DNA of 63,341 nucleotides, filler included, from Ministeria vibrans ATCC 50519 (GCA_943704425.1; 9 parts of 9 records of this genome joined end to end with filler, not necessarily neighbours in it), one strand, 5' to 3'; positions 36,441 through 50,038 are shown, counted from the first letter of the whole stretch. The notes: generated from the sequence alone by a model not told the origin. Made by a program: numbers and translations.

Positions 36441-37143
36441 TGTGTCGAGACCGTTCTGCCTCGACGGGGTCATATCTGTCACGGTTGGAGTCGAGCAACT
36501 GGCTGCGACACTCGCGCAATGCCGTCGCCTCGGCGGTTGCTGCCGCTCGCTTTGTCCATCGCGACGGCGACTCGGTTCTCTTCCACTGCCCATCCGGCTC
36601 AGACCTATCTGCGCAGCTCTCTTCTCTCACTCAGATCCTGCTTGACCCTTTTTTCCGCACTCTCAAAGGGTACGCATACGCTCGCGATCCTCCGTTCTAA
36701 TCTGTCTCATGTATAGTCTTCAAGTACTCATTGAGAAGGAGTGGATTGCGTATGGCCATCGCTTCAGCGAGCGCTGTGCTCACTACGGCGCAGTCGAAAC
36801 CCGCTACCGCAACACCGCACCCGTCTTCACATCCTTCCTTGACTCACTTTGGCAGGTATGTGTTCACCAAACTCTCACTCTCTCCCTCTCCAAGTTTCTC
36901 ATACCTTTATATATATATATATATGTGTGTGTGTTGTTCAGGTTATGCGACAGTATCCGTGCTCGTTTGAGTACAATCAGGAGTATCTACTACGTCTCAA
37001 CGACGAGTCCGTCTCCAGCGAGTACGGCACCTTTCTTGCCAACTGCGAAGAAGAGCGCGAACGTCTCGACATCCGCAAGAAGACCGTCTCCCTCTGGACA
37101 CACCTCAATGCTCACGACAACCGTACGCCATCTCCTACTCACT

Positions 37144-37216
<73 letters not shown>

Positions 37217-37915
37217 CATCAACAACAACACTTTATACAACCAACCATCGTTTTATAGTCAAACCCTACCGTAATCCGCTGTACGTGCGCAATCCAGTGG
37301 TGCTACTCCCCAGCGCCAATCCCGCTGCCATTGTCCTCTGGCGTGGACTCCTCCTTCGCTGGCTCACCAACCCCATCTACGACGACGTACTGACAAACTC
37401 TCTCTTTCTACACACTCACTCACTCACTAACTCTCTATCATTATTTCAATGGTTTTTTCGCCCTCTCTCTCTTTCTCTTTCCATTTTTTTCTTCTTCCTT
37501 CCTTTTTTCTTTCTTTTCCTCTCTAACCCTCCCCCTCTCTCCGCTTTCTTTGCAACAGGCCTCTAATGAAGCACTCAATGGCATTGCCAGCGCGGTATCG
37601 TTGCTGGAGGAAGAATGTCTCATCTTGGAAGGACAGGTGGCGTTGCAGTGCGCCGGCACAACACCCTCCACGCCTGCTGGTGTTGCTGCATCCCCGCGTT
37701 CAGCCGCACCCTCGATGGAAGCGTCCATGGTGGATGCTGAGGATGATGAGAGTGACAGTTCGGGTGACATTGTGGGCGAGTACAGTGATGACGAGGGCGA
37801 AGTAGTGGAGACGATGGGTGAAGTGGGTGCGCTCAAGGCTGATGACGACGCCGACGAGGCCGACGAGTACCAGGCTATCGAGGAAGATGTCGTCTCTCAA
37901 ACTGAAGCACAATAA
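36441..37915 (+). CDS. Myotubularin-related protein, C-terminal half, predicted catalytically inactive
   Basis: YLSRLESSNWLRH, SVLFHCPSGSDLSAQLSSLTQILLDPFFRTLKG, LIEKEWIAYGHRFSER, PVFTSFLDSLWQ, RQYPCSFEYN, YGTFLANCEEER, NPLY. Confidence 0.88.
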
Positions 37916-38120
37916 CAATGAAACACACCCATAGTATAATAATGAGACGGGCGATTATAAACGCAAAAACATAAGAAAAATAAATGGAGAATCGAAAGTG
38001 CCAAAACAAGACGTTAGATGGCATACAAATTACAATAATTATGATAATTTGAATTTTGATGTATAATAAAATTTGATTATCAAACAATGCACAATCATAC
38101 AGTTTTTTTTTTTAATTTGG

Positions 38121-40357
38121 ATGGAAAGTTTACCGCTGCTGAGCGAAGGACGGCCCGGCGGATCATCGCCGTATGTCGCAACGAACGACAGTGGGTCCCC
38201 ACGGCCTTCGCGGCAGCCGTACCTGGGCTGGATGGCGATGGGGCGCCATGCGCTGTCGTCGCTGGGTGCGCTTTGCGTGGGGTTTGCGACGACGGTGCGG
38301 CAGCGCCAGTCGTTTACGCGACAGCAGCGTGCGACCATGTCGCCCTTCGAGAAGTGCCGCTACGGCCGCATTCCTCTCAAGCTCATCCTCAACCTGCTCT
38401 TGGTGATGTTTGTGTCGACGCGCGTTCTGCTGGAGTCGACGCAGCTCGCCGCGTACACTGCGCAACAGCACGAAACGTTCAACCGAATGTTCAACGCCGA
38501 GCCGCACGTCTACACCGTTGAGCAGCTTCAGAGCACGCTCAACACCTCCATGACGTACTTTTGTGCACTGCCCGGCGACTCGGTCGACTCGTACGCTCTC
38601 ATGGGCAACCCTCTCAACTGCACTGCACAAATGCACCTTGAAAAGTACACCAACCGAGCACCCTTCACCACAGGCTCGCACGCCAACCTGCGCAAGGAGA
38701 GCTTCACGTACACTCTGACGCTCGACGAACCGCTCGGCCCGTTCAACTGGACCGAGCCGGTCGATGAAAATCCCGCCGCGCGCCAGTACATGGACGACCT
38801 CGCCGAGCTGAGCGTCACCTACCTCGTGCATGGTCTCCTCGATGACCACACTGGCTTCATCTTTGTCGACTGGCAAGTCACACAACGGTTTGGGGTGTCC
38901 GTTGGCGGCGGTGCCTACCCCATCTCGGTCGTGGTGTACCGTCAGCTCAGGTCGACCGTCGTTCCCTATGTCGTTCTCGACTTTCTCATACTCTTCCTGT
39001 CGCTCTGGTCGCTCGTGCTCACCATCCTCTCCATCATGCGGGCCTCGAGCGTCTACTTGTACGTTCGAGATCGACTACGACAGCAGACGCGCGACGGTGT
39101 GGCAGTGTGGTCGACGGTGTCCTTCACGGACCGGCGCTCCTTCTTTAACCTGTGGCACTTCAGCAGTGCTATTGGAGATGTGCTGCTTGTCATCTCCAGC
39201 CTGCTTGCTCTTCCCTACATCAACACCGACGACCTGGGCCGCCCACAGCTTGATAATGCGACCAACATCACGCGCGCTCTGGCCATCTTCCTCTCGTGGA
39301 CCAATCTCCTGCGCTTTCTCCAATGGTCCACACAGTTCTATGTACTCGTGCTCACCGTGGCGTCGTCCTTGACCCGCTCGGCGCGCTGCATAGTCGCGAC
39401 AATCCCGCTGTTTGTTGGGTACGCTTTGGCGGGCGTGGTCGTCTTTGCATCGTACGCTCCATCGCTCTTCGGCTCGCTCGACCAGGCCGCCGTCACCCTC
39501 TACGCCATTCTCAACGGCGACTCCATCCTCGATGCATTCAAGCAGCTCAACGCCGCCGACCAGTCTGGCATCCGCGTCTTTGCTCGCATTTATCTCTACT
39601 CCTTCAGCGCCATCTTCATCACCTGTGTTCTCAATGTCTTCATTTTTCTCATTTCCGACTCGTACGAACTCGCAAAGGTATGCAAAAGAACGCATTGAAT
39701 TTGTATAGAAAAAAACGTTTCAATTGCAACACTAATTTGTCGGCTCAGGAGCTTGAGTTGCGAATGGTACACGGCGAGAAGCGAGAGCGCGAGCGGCTTG
39801 TCCTGATGGTGGACCGAGTGCGGCGGCTGCTGGCACTGGCGGACCGAGGAGGGGCGTGTGCGATGCAGGCGGCAGCTATCCCAACAGTGGTGGTGACCAC
39901 CGAGGACGACGACAGTCACGACAGCGACGACGACATGGCACGTCGCAGCATGTACGCCGACTATGCAGACACAACCGATGCAGCGGGACACGGAGGTCCG
40001 TCACATGAGCAACCTGGTCGAGCGCACCGCTATTCCCACGACGACGCTCTCAGTTTGACGGGCCGCTCGCGGTCAGGCAGCGCCGAGTCGGACCGCGAGA
40101 GTCTTCTCTCCGTCTCGCCTCGACTTGCGTTCTCCCGTGAGCGTACGCTCGCCGCCGACGTCTCGGATCATCCGCAGCTCAGAGGACTTGTAAGACTATT
40201 GGCGGAAAGTTCCATTCGTAACAATTGCCTAACACCATTATCATTCCAGATCAAGCCACATGCGACAGTCGATCAACTATCACATGAGGTCGCTGGGCTG
40301 CGCCGCGAAATCACAGAACTCAAGGAGCTCGTCCGCTCCCTTGTAAAGCACAAATAG
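38121..40357 (+). CDS. MCOLN: Mucolipin (TRPML) cation channel (3 exons)
   Basis: MSPFEKCRYGRIPLKLIL, FFNLWH, pore LYAILNGDSILDAF, RIYLYSFSAIFITCVLNVFIFLISDSYE; N-terminal ESLPLL dileucine motif. Confidence 0.92.
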
Positions 40358-40515
40358 TCAACACGCAAACGCCCCTCCCCTGTTCGTACTGCATTTCTTT
40401 CTCTCTCGTTCTTCCGTATCTTCCTTCCCCAACCAAAACAACCCCCATTGTACACTGCGATACACACATACACACACATGTACCTACGCACACATGCTAC
40501 AGACACACACAGTGT

Positions 40516-41430
40516 TCACTTCTCGTCGACGTGCTTGATGAGCTTCTTCTCCAGCAGATCCGGAATCTCCACTGCCAGCCACGGACCCATCTACCCACCC
40601 ATACACATATAGAACACACACACACACATTATGAAATGTACTTGGATCTCGACAATTCCTTCGTGTGGCCTTACCCCCAGTGCGAGTGCATGTGCAATAC
40701 CAAATTTGGGTGCATTTTTCGCCCACAATGGTTTAAAGTGGTCGGTCAAACAGATTTTGCCGCCTCTGTTGTGCTCGGTACGTGAGTTCCCACGTCAAAA
40801 GACACACCCATCAATGTACGTCCTACCTGTACATCTTGGCTGTCTTTCCTTCAAGTTCGGGCAGCGCTAGTTCCGGCGACGTCGCAGGATACGTGACTGG
40901 TATCTACAGAGAATGGGATAGGAGTCAACACGGGAGTCGAGCGATGTGCGCCTGTCTTCCTCCCAGCTTACATCAAACTCGATGTCAAACTCATACTTGA
41001 GCATCTCGTGCATGTACCAGACCTTGCCAAACCACCTACGAGAGCGCGGGTCATGCAGCTGTGGCGGGCAGTCGCTCCACCGCACTCCTCGACGTACCGC
41101 GTTCCCTCAGGATTCGACTCGATCTTAAACCAGTCGTTGTCCGACACCTTGTTGTTTTTGACATACTGCAACAACACAAGCATGTGAGCAAGGACGTCAG
41201 CACGCAGGGGCGCGGGAGAGGACGGCACACGCGCATAGACGAACGTACCGCAATAAGCGACAGATACTCTTCCTTGAGCCGCTCTTTCCACCTACGAGTG
41301 CCGTCCACGCGTCAGTTCGCAACACAGCCACCCGGCACTCCGCCACGTACTTGTCGCCGTCGCGAGGACCGGCGTTGACTTTGAGAAGAGGAATTTTGGC
41401 CAAAGTAGAGCGAGTTTCGGAATCAACCAT
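40516..41430 (-). CDS. UFC1: UFM1-conjugating enzyme (7 exons)
   Basis: [34 protein letters not shown]|[19 protein letters not shown]|[24 protein letters not shown]. Confidence 0.97.
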
Positions 41431-41627
41431 TGCAGCACAGCGCGATCACACCAAGTTACGAACGGGCGTCGGGAAGGTAGGACAACTGAATACGTATCAA
41501 AGGAGTCAAAGTGATGACACTTATTGGTAGAAAGTAACAAACTTTATTGACAAATCACAAAATCAAATCCCAAGAACTTCGATATTTTTCAATCAAAATT
41601 TTATTCTATTTTTTGTTCATCGCCAAA

Positions 41628-42795
41628 ATGAGCTCCGTGTCAGAGGTACAACACTCCCGTGTGGTGTGGTTGATTTACGACTAATCACTTGGTAGATCCT
41701 GCGCCAGCAAAGTGCGGCGGCGGAAATGAAGAAACGGATGAAAAGCGCAACGGGCAGTGTGACAAGCGCCTATGCGAAGTACACGGGGAGCGCGCTGTCG
41801 TGCAGCCTGTGCCGCCAGGCCATCAAGAACGACCATCTCTGGCCTGCTCACGTCAACGGCAAAGCGCACAAAGCGGTGTGGGCTCTCAACGTCTGTCTGT
41901 GTGTGTGCGTCTCATCTCTCATGCCTTTTGCGTCTCTGCTTAGAACGTCGCTGCTCTGACGGCCACGCTCAAACGCAAAGCGCCCGAGCCCACCGAGCAG
42001 AGAATAAAACGCCCACGACAAGGTTGCAGCATCCTCTCTTGTCGTGTTGCGTCTCGATCTCACCTTGCTTCGTCTCGTAGCAGCAGAAGCACCCGCTGCA
42101 ATACCCGCCGACTTTTTCGACAGCACACCAACACCCTCCGCTTCCGTTCCAGCAGACTTTTTTGACACCACCACTACTACGACTACGACTACTACTACTA
42201 CTACTACTACTACTGCCGATGCCTCATCGGCACCTGTACCCGCCGATTTCTTCGACGCCCCTCCTGCGGCCACCGCCACCAGCACTACCAGCACGAGCGC
42301 TGTCGTGTGCGATGACGCGGAGGAGGAGCAACCCGATCCCAGCGCTGCGGTCCCTTCGGGCTTCTTTGACGACCCCGTGCGCGACGCAGAGGTGCGCAAA
42401 ATAGATTTGGAGAAGAAGAAGGAGGAGGAGTTTGCGGCGTTTCAAAAGGAAATTGCAAAGGTACCCGACCATCTAGTTCTATATAGCTGCTACACGCGTC
42501 TCAAAGGATGTATTCCTTTGCAATTTAGGAGTCGCTTCGAGGGGAACAGTTGATGCGAGCAGAAGAGGAAGAAGGGACTATGGATCGACTGGCGAACGAC
42601 CAAGTCGAGCAAGAGCGGATGGAGGCGCGCGTTGCGGCGCTGAAGGAGCGCCGGAAGGAAGTGCAGGAGCAGCGCAGGGCACGCGAGACACAACACAGTG
42701 CACGACAAGCGCAGATAGAGGGGGAGGAGGAGGAGGAGGAGGACGACGACGACGACGACGACGATGGGTTTGTCGATTGGCGAAAGCGTTCTTGA
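41628..42795 (+). CDS. ZNF830: Zinc finger protein 830 (CCDC16)-like
   Basis: AKY...LSCSLC...IKNDHLWPAHVNGKAH; PADFFD; PSGFFDDPVRDAEVR; EEFAAFQKEI; terminal DWRKR. Confidence 0.9.
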
Positions 42796-42803
42796 GAGAG
42801 TTT

Positions 42804-45075
42804 TCAATGTACACGATGAAGAGTGAGGTGAGTTGCGAAAGGGTGAACAAACTTGAGGATTTCGGGGCGGGGGTCGCCCGTGGCAGTGATGCAGAGCACA
42901 ATGGTGTTGTCGGACTCCCTGAGGGCGGTGATGGTGGCCTGGGGGGCCGTGTCGGCGGCGAGTGCAATGTGCTCTTGAGCGTGAGTACGGCGTTCGCGAC
43001 GGGACAGGGACCAGCGACCATCTGGGAGGGACACAAGATGGATTGCGTCGTGTAGAATGGTGTGGGGTAGTCCCATGGTGATGATAATGGTGTGTGCAAG
43101 GGAGAGTGCATCGGCGGGGGAGGTACATGTGGTGGGAGCGGAGTAGACACCGGGCGCAGTCATGCGGAAAAAGGGTGACGACGAGGCCGTTGATAGTGAT
43201 GCTGCCGCTTCTGTTGCTGCTGCTTGAGGTTCAGCCGTGGGGCTGAGCGCACGCGCACGTTTACTGCTTGGTGGAACCATGCTGTCTGCCTTACGCTTGG
43301 CGACTGGCGTTGTTGTTGTTGCTGCTGCTGCTGTTGTTGTCGTGGTGGTTGTGGGAGACGCATTTGATGTGTCGTCTGCTCTGTACCTCTTGATCGTCTC
43401 CCCTTCATCCTCTGTGCTTTTGTCGGCGTCGGAGCGTTTCTTGCGTGTGTGCGAGCCAGACCAGCGGTCGCACAGACGCAAGAGAAGGTCAAAGTCACCG
43501 GCGGCCATGGGAAGGAGCGAGTTGGTCGTTTCGGAGAGTGCGTCGTGGAAGAGGGCGTTGGCACAGGCGGAAAGGCGGGAGGTGAGGTTGTGGGAGGGAT
43601 CAATCGGGTCGATGACGGAGAGGAGAAGAGGGTTGGGGTTAGGAGGCAAGGAGGATGGGGTGTGAGAGATGGAGACGGCACTGCGATCGAAGGGGAAGGT
43701 GGAAAAAACGCGCAGAAATGAGAGGAAGAGGGTGGCGGCGGAGGCGCGGGAGTGGGGTGAGGGAAAGTCTGAGCAAAACGACACATCAAGGCGCCCGGTG
43801 CGCAGCGTGATGGTGGAGGGGAGTGTAAGGGAGAGCAGTGACTCGATGATGGGATCCGCGTGGGCTGATGACGAGGAGGACGACGCTCCTTCTGTTGCGG
43901 TGGTGGTGTCGGACTGGAGGGAGGGAAGACGCACTGTGCGTTGGGCAACGTAGATTAGCATAATGGATAGGGTGTAGCGTCCAAGGGCAGGCAGACGACA
44001 CGCAATTGCCCAGCGGCGCAGAGCATTGACGGCAATGGGAAGGGAAGGGCACAGTTGCGTGTAGGTGCGCAGCAGACGGGTGTTGATGATGGCCAGTCGA
44101 TTGTTCAATGACACTTCGACAAGTGCTGCACCGTGGCATCGCTTACTGTGGTACACACGGAGTAGCGGGCAGCGACCCCTGTCGACCAAAAAAACGCCGT
44201 GTGCAGGCAGGGCAGCGGAGAGAAGGGGAGAGAGCGCTTGTAGGACCGACACAAGATTTGCAGGGGGGGTGCACGAGTCGGGTGCTTCAAGATCACCCCC
44301 AAGCAGAATAGTCAGGTCCAGATCACTGGCAACGCCCATCGCCAAACCGTTGCCATGCGAGCCGTACACTACAAGACGTGCTGCACGCGGCACAATCGAT
44401 TGTGACATGGCCTGATCGAGCGCCCTCTGTACCGCCTCAATCGTCTTTCGAACTGTTTGGCAAACCGTCTCGTCAAGAGTCCCCTCGCGTGAGAGTGTCT
44501 CCAGAGACTTGTCGAGGGCCGCTGTCATCAGCGCCTCGTCCAAGGGCTCAGAAGGTGGTTGTGTGGGCAAGTCGTCCTTGGCGGCCCCTTTGAGCTTGGG
44601 CACCGCACTGCCCGGCGGTCTGTAACGCTTTCGCATAACACGACACGTACGCGTCATAATAGCAAAGGGAGGAGCGTCAGGCGACTCTTTTCGTTCAAGG
44701 ATCTTGTCCACATATCCAACGCTGTGAAAAAGGAGAACATGCGACGCGTGAGGCGACGTCGATCGTGAATTATGTTTCCTCTCTCTCTCTCTCACTCTCA
44801 CTCACACACACACACACACGCACACACACACACACACCTTTTAAAAGTAACCAAGGCAAAGGCACGATCCTTAGGATCAACATGGACGGTTGATACGACG
44901 TCCGACGAAACGGCCGGTCCGTCCGCCGACGCGTAGCAAACGGCCGCGGCAGCGATGGTTGATTCGTCGGCATTGAAGGGCGGATTGCTGATGAACAGCG
45001 TGCGCTGCGCCGTGCGGAAGTTGGACTCGTTGCTCATGTGACGATGGCCTGGAATGCCAGGGGGTGGGGTGTGGG

Positions 45076-45119
<44 letters not shown>

Positions 45120-45246
45120 GAGAGAGAGAGAGAGAGACGGTGAGTCATCGCAATGCTTTTGCAGCGTTGCACAAACCGAGCTTGTGTGTGCGCAGGCCTG
45201 TTTTGTCGGAGGGAACTTTGACGCCGCAGACATCGCAGAAGGTCAT
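42804..45246 (-). CDS. TUT1: TUT1/Star-PAP-like terminal uridylyltransferase (ZnF-RRM-NTase-PAP-associated)
   Basis: Exon 1 FCDVC...LRTHKL (ZnF), RRM-like RTLFISNPP...FALVTF, YGSHGNG...SDLDL, EVSLNNRLAIINTRLL, IDPIDPSHNL. Confidence 0.75.
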
Positions 45247-45406
45247 ACTGTCAACGCCAAAGAAGGGAGGCCCAGAGAAGACGAAGACGAAGATTTAAAA
45301 AACTGCGATTTGTGAATTGTGAAACAGGAGTGAGACTCAGCGACTGAACACTACTTAACCGTTCTTCAATTTTCATTTTGTTTCACACACTCATACCTTA
45401 TGCCTC

Positions 45407-46554
45407 ATGACGACTCTTGCATTCTGCCAGGCCCTCCCCAAAGTGGAGCTGCATGCCCATTTGAATGGATCGATCAGCGACGAGACGCTGGAAGTGCTCA
45501 ACGCGCGTCTCGCCCAGCCCATTGCGCTTGATCTCGCACGCAACGATGGAAAGCGTGATCTGAACGAATGCTTTGAACTCTTTGCCGCCATACACAAACT
45601 TTGCTGCGACACGGTACCCACTGACAAACAGCGCAATAAGTTGTGATTAAGTTTAGCCCTTCTCTCTATCTCACGCACTCTCTCTCTGACACACACAATG
45701 CCTCTCATAGACTGCAGCACGCATTGTCGCCGACAGCGTCGTTCGAGACTTTGCCGCTGACAACGTGCGCTATCTGGAGCTGAGAACAACGCCGCGCAAC
45801 GTCGAGGCGACCGGAATGACACGCGCGACGTACGTGGATGTGGTGCTCGACGAGTTGGCCAAGGCAGGCGAGCGCTACGACGTGATCGTGCGCCTGCTGC
45901 TCTCGATTGACAGACGAATGACTGCCGAGGAAGCCGAGCAGGTTGTGTCGCTTGCCATTGAACATCGTGAGCGCGGTGTCGTTGGCATTGATCTCAGTGG
46001 AAATCCTTTTGTGGGCGAATTTGCGACATTTGCGCCGGCTCTTGAGCGAGCACGCAGCGTTGGTTTGGCTGTGGTTCTGCACTTTGCTGAGTGTCGTAAC
46101 GACAAGGAAGCAGAGGAAATGGTGCGGTTTGCGCCGACGCGACTGGGACATGGTGTGTTTGTGCCCGAGCACGTCGAACAGCTCATGTTTGCCTCGCCCA
46201 TTCCTCTTGAAATATGTATCAGCAGTAATCTAGCGAGTCGCATTGTCCCCTCCTCAGACGAGCACCACTTCGGCAATCTCTTCCAGCGTAGCTACCCCCT
46301 CTGCATTTGCGTAAGTATCCCCACCAGAACCGCGATCAATAGCCCACTCACACACACGCACACGTACGTAGACGGACGACAAAGGCGTCTTCAGCACTAC
46401 CCTCTCTCACGAGTTTCATATGGCCGCCCGCTCCTTCACTCTCACTCCCGCCCAACTCTGGTCCCTCACCATTGCCTCCATTGACTTCATTTGTGCCCCA
46501 CAGTCAGTCAAGTCTACACTCACCAACCAATTCATTTCATTGCGAGATCAATAA
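45407..46554 (+). CDS. ADAL: Adenosine deaminase-like protein (N6-mAMP deaminase) (3 exons)
   Basis: LPKVELHAHLNGSI, YLELRTTP, GIDLSGNP, LHFAE, RLGHG, EICISSN, C|TDDKGVF. Confidence 0.93.
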
Positions 46555-46626
46555 GAAGTTGAAAGTAACAATAAATTCTGTAAAGCAAACTCCCTAACAT
46601 AATGACAAAAAAATGCACACAAAGAC

Positions 46627-49227
46627 CTAATTTTCCTCATCAGTCTTCGTTCCGTCCTCCGCCGCCTCGGCGTCACTGTCCGAGTCTGAGTCAGTCTCAG
46701 TCTCGGAGTCGCCCGCGTCCGATTCAGTCTCAGTCTCGGAGTTGTCCGCGTCCGAGTCAGTCTCAGTCTCGGAGTCGCCCGCGTCCGAGTCAGTCTCAGT
46801 CTCGGAGTCGTCTGAATCTGCTGACTCGTGCGTGTCGTCGCTTTCATTTGCATCTGACGACGACTCACTCTCGTCCGCTGCGTCGCTTTCTGCCTCACTT
46901 GCCTCGTCGCTCTCCGTAGAACTCTCTCCCTCTGCCTTCCCATCCACATGATAGTATTCGCGGTACCACTTGAGAAACACATCAAGTCCGTCCTGCAGTG
47001 ACACTTGTGGCTGATACCCCAGCACCTTATTCGAGTGCGTCAGATCCGCATACGTCAATGGGACGTCTCCTAACAAGGGAGAAGCAAGGAAGAGAGCAAA
47101 AGAGTGTAGTGAGTAACTGAGTGAACGAGAGAAAGAAACAAAAAAGTGGAGAACGACAGAAAAAGAACAAGGAATTTCCCAGGTGTCGCTGCAAACATAC
47201 CTCCCGTCACTGGTGCATATGTCTTGACGGCCGTGATCCCAAGACCCTTCTCCAATGCGCCAATCATCACACTGACAGGTTCGGGTGAGTTGTTGCCCAG
47301 ATTGAACACTTCGAGGGGCGCAGCCAGATTGAGAGCCGCATTGATACCCTTGACAATGTCCGTCACAAACGTAAAGTCACGCGATGGCTCAGAACCATCG
47401 TCATTGCGGAAGACGGTCAGCGGATCGCCTGCCAGCATCTTCTGCGTGAAAAAGAAGTAGGCCATGTCGGGACGACCCCACGGGCCATACTACAAGACAG
47501 AGAGATGCAAAAAAAGGAGAAATTAGAAGCAGCAACAGCATAAGAAGAAGAACAGATGAGACACTTACGACAGTAAAGAAACGCAGTCCAGTGACGCGCA
47601 GGCCGTATACGTTGTGGTACGCATGCGCAATGTTCTCGTTGCTCTTCTTGGTTGCGCCGTACAGCGACGCCTGCTCGTCCAGCTTGTCCGTCTCCGCGAA
47701 CGGCACCTTCTTCTGCAGCCCATATACACTCGAACTCGATGCATACACCACTGCCATATCTCGCTCCTTAGCCACATTGACGTTCTTGACCGCCTGTAAC
47801 GCAGGAGTGTATATTTCGTGTTGAGCAGCGCATTTAAGAAGATTCTCTCTCGCTCTCTTATCACTTTCGTTCTTTCTGCATCTCTCTGTCTCTCTGTCTC
47901 TCTTTTTGTGTGTGTCGTTTTCTAATAGTCGTACTTCAAGAAGGTTCACAAAACACATGACGTTCGCTTGAACATACTCGAACGGAGCCCTATTTTTTCA
48001 ACAACAACAAAAAGAGAAAAAAAAAAAAAAAAAGTTCGAAAATCAATCAACCACCCACTCTCACACAGAGACACAAATGAGTCATACTTGAGCGCGTAAC
48101 GTACACCCGCCTGTGCGGCAAGATGAAGCACATGTGTAAAGGGAATGGTCGCAAGCACACAGTGCAACACGGCACTGTCACACACATCCGCAGTAATCAC
48201 TCTAAGACACACAATAATGGCAACAAAGAGTTAGCAACACACTGTGATCGCTGAGCCTCGAGTGCGACGCTTACTCAATTCCAGCTGCACGAAGGCGCGC
48301 AGCACGTGCTTGCTTCAGACCCACGTCGTAGTATGCATTGAAATTGTCGTATGCAACGGCCACGTCGCCGTCTTCGTTGAGTTTGAGAGCGGTGTGAGAC
48401 CCAATGAAGCCCGCGCCACCCGTCACCAACACCACCTTCTTGTCGGACGCCAGCTTGTCAATGCGCGCTCGAATGCGCACCAGTGCCTCTCGCAGGTCGT
48501 CCGACACCGAACATGGCGACTCTTCACCGGTAAAATCATCCGTGGGCTTCATCACGTCAGGCACCACGACGTAGGCATGTTTCGACGTGGCCGGCTGCGC
48601 CGCCACCGTTTCCTGTGCCTTGCGCAGGTCTTCACGCAACCGCTCCACCTCAGCTTTGTCCGGCACAGACTCTTCAAGCTTTGCTTTGAGTGCCTCGGCG
48701 CGTTCCGCCGCCTCCTTGTGCTCCTGCGACAGCGATGCATATTCTGCCTTGAGTGCTTCGTGTGCCTTGGCCAGCGTTGCCGCGTCCGTCGCCGTCTTGC
48801 TCATGCTCGCCTCCAGCGCGTTGGCTTTCTACACACACCCATCAGAACCGCCACCTCCAGCAGCCTCCCGCCGCCTGGCCCGTCCCCAACGCCGTTCCCG
48901 CCAACCCAAGGACATCTGCACGTTGTTCCCTTTTTTTTTCTCTCTCTCTCTCTCTCTCTTGTGACAGCGACTGACCTTGATCGCCTCTTCCTGCTTCTGC
49001 TTCGTGAGCGTCACATCGCCCAGCGCTGCGTTCTTGTCGGCCAGCGCCGTCTTCAGCGCCTGCTGTGCCTTCGTGAGCTCCGTGGCCGTTTTCTGCTGGG
49101 CAACGCTCACATTTGACAGCGACTCTTCCAGCGTCTCCCGCTTCTGTTTTTCGCCCTGTGCATACGTGAAAAACGCAAAGCCGCACGCTAATGCGATCAC
49201 ACCCGCGATCAATACGGTTCGTTGCAT
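46627..49227 (-). CDS. GAE: UDP-glucuronate 4-epimerase-like SDR with N-terminal signal anchor, coiled-coil stem and acidic repetitive tail
   Basis: VLVTGGAGFIG, HLAAQAGVRY, YASSSSVYG, SLYGATKK, GLRFFTV|YGPWGRPDMA, RDFTFVTDIV. Confidence 0.9.
46680..46812 (-). repeat. 33-nt coding tandem repeat (SETETDSDAGD-like x4)
   Basis: GAGTCAGTCTCAGTCTCGGAGT units visible on the + strand. Confidence 0.9.
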
Positions 49228-49573
49228 TGCAGTCAGTGAGAACAAAAAAATTGATAATTTGATAACCAATTTTGATTTTTGAAGTAGCACAATGCTTCTG
49301 CCGTAGTCTGTGGAGACTGCCAGATACACTATTGCTCGGAACACTCAACAGAAATACAAAATCGAGATGAACAAACGGTATCCAATATCCGCTCGCAAGA
49401 ACAACTCAAGGATGACCTTGTTCTTCCCTTCCGCTTTGTGATCAGTCACAGTGATCAGCATTATCAGCAATTAATAGCATTATAGCAATCACTAAACTTC
49501 CACACTTGTCGCTCTTGTTGCTCGCACCGTACAGCTGCACACCTCGCATCCGACCGCAGGCCGTCTCTGTTGC

Positions 49574-50038
49574 ATGATGAGTGACGGTACGCTCCCCACC
49601 CCCATCGACCCCTCCTCACCCCCCGCCCTGTTCACCCTCTAGGCGAGGGAGATTCCATCCACGATTCGGGCCATGAGGAGGCGGGGCCGTCCGAACCACA
49701 CCCGGCCGTCTTGGATAGCAATATCCTCCCCGCGAGCGAAGATATGGTACGCTGGAACTCATCGCACAGCGAGAGAGCAGAAAAAAAAGAAAAAAAACTT
49801 GTCGTCGCTCAATGCGCATGTTGTCGCCGTCTATGGCGCGTGTTTGGCGCATGCGACCCCTATGCATGTGTGTCCTTACTGTTTGTGCTCCTTCCGCGTC
49901 TGCTAGGAGGGTCTGCTGCCCCGCAAGAAAGAAATAACGGCGTCGGGCAAAAAGTCAAACCAAACTTGGAAAAACGGCTACGCTCGACTCATTGGCGACA
50001 AGCTCATGTTCTACAAGAACGAGAAGGAGGCGCAGCAG
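49574..50038 (+). CDS. N-terminal exons of a PH-domain protein (truncated at the N gap)
   Basis: MMSD|GEGDSIH...SEDM|EGLLPRKKEITASGKKSNQTWKNGYARLIGDKLMFYKNEKEAQQ resembles the first strands of a spectrin-type PH domain. Exons are too short for the ORF track. Confidence 0.7.
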
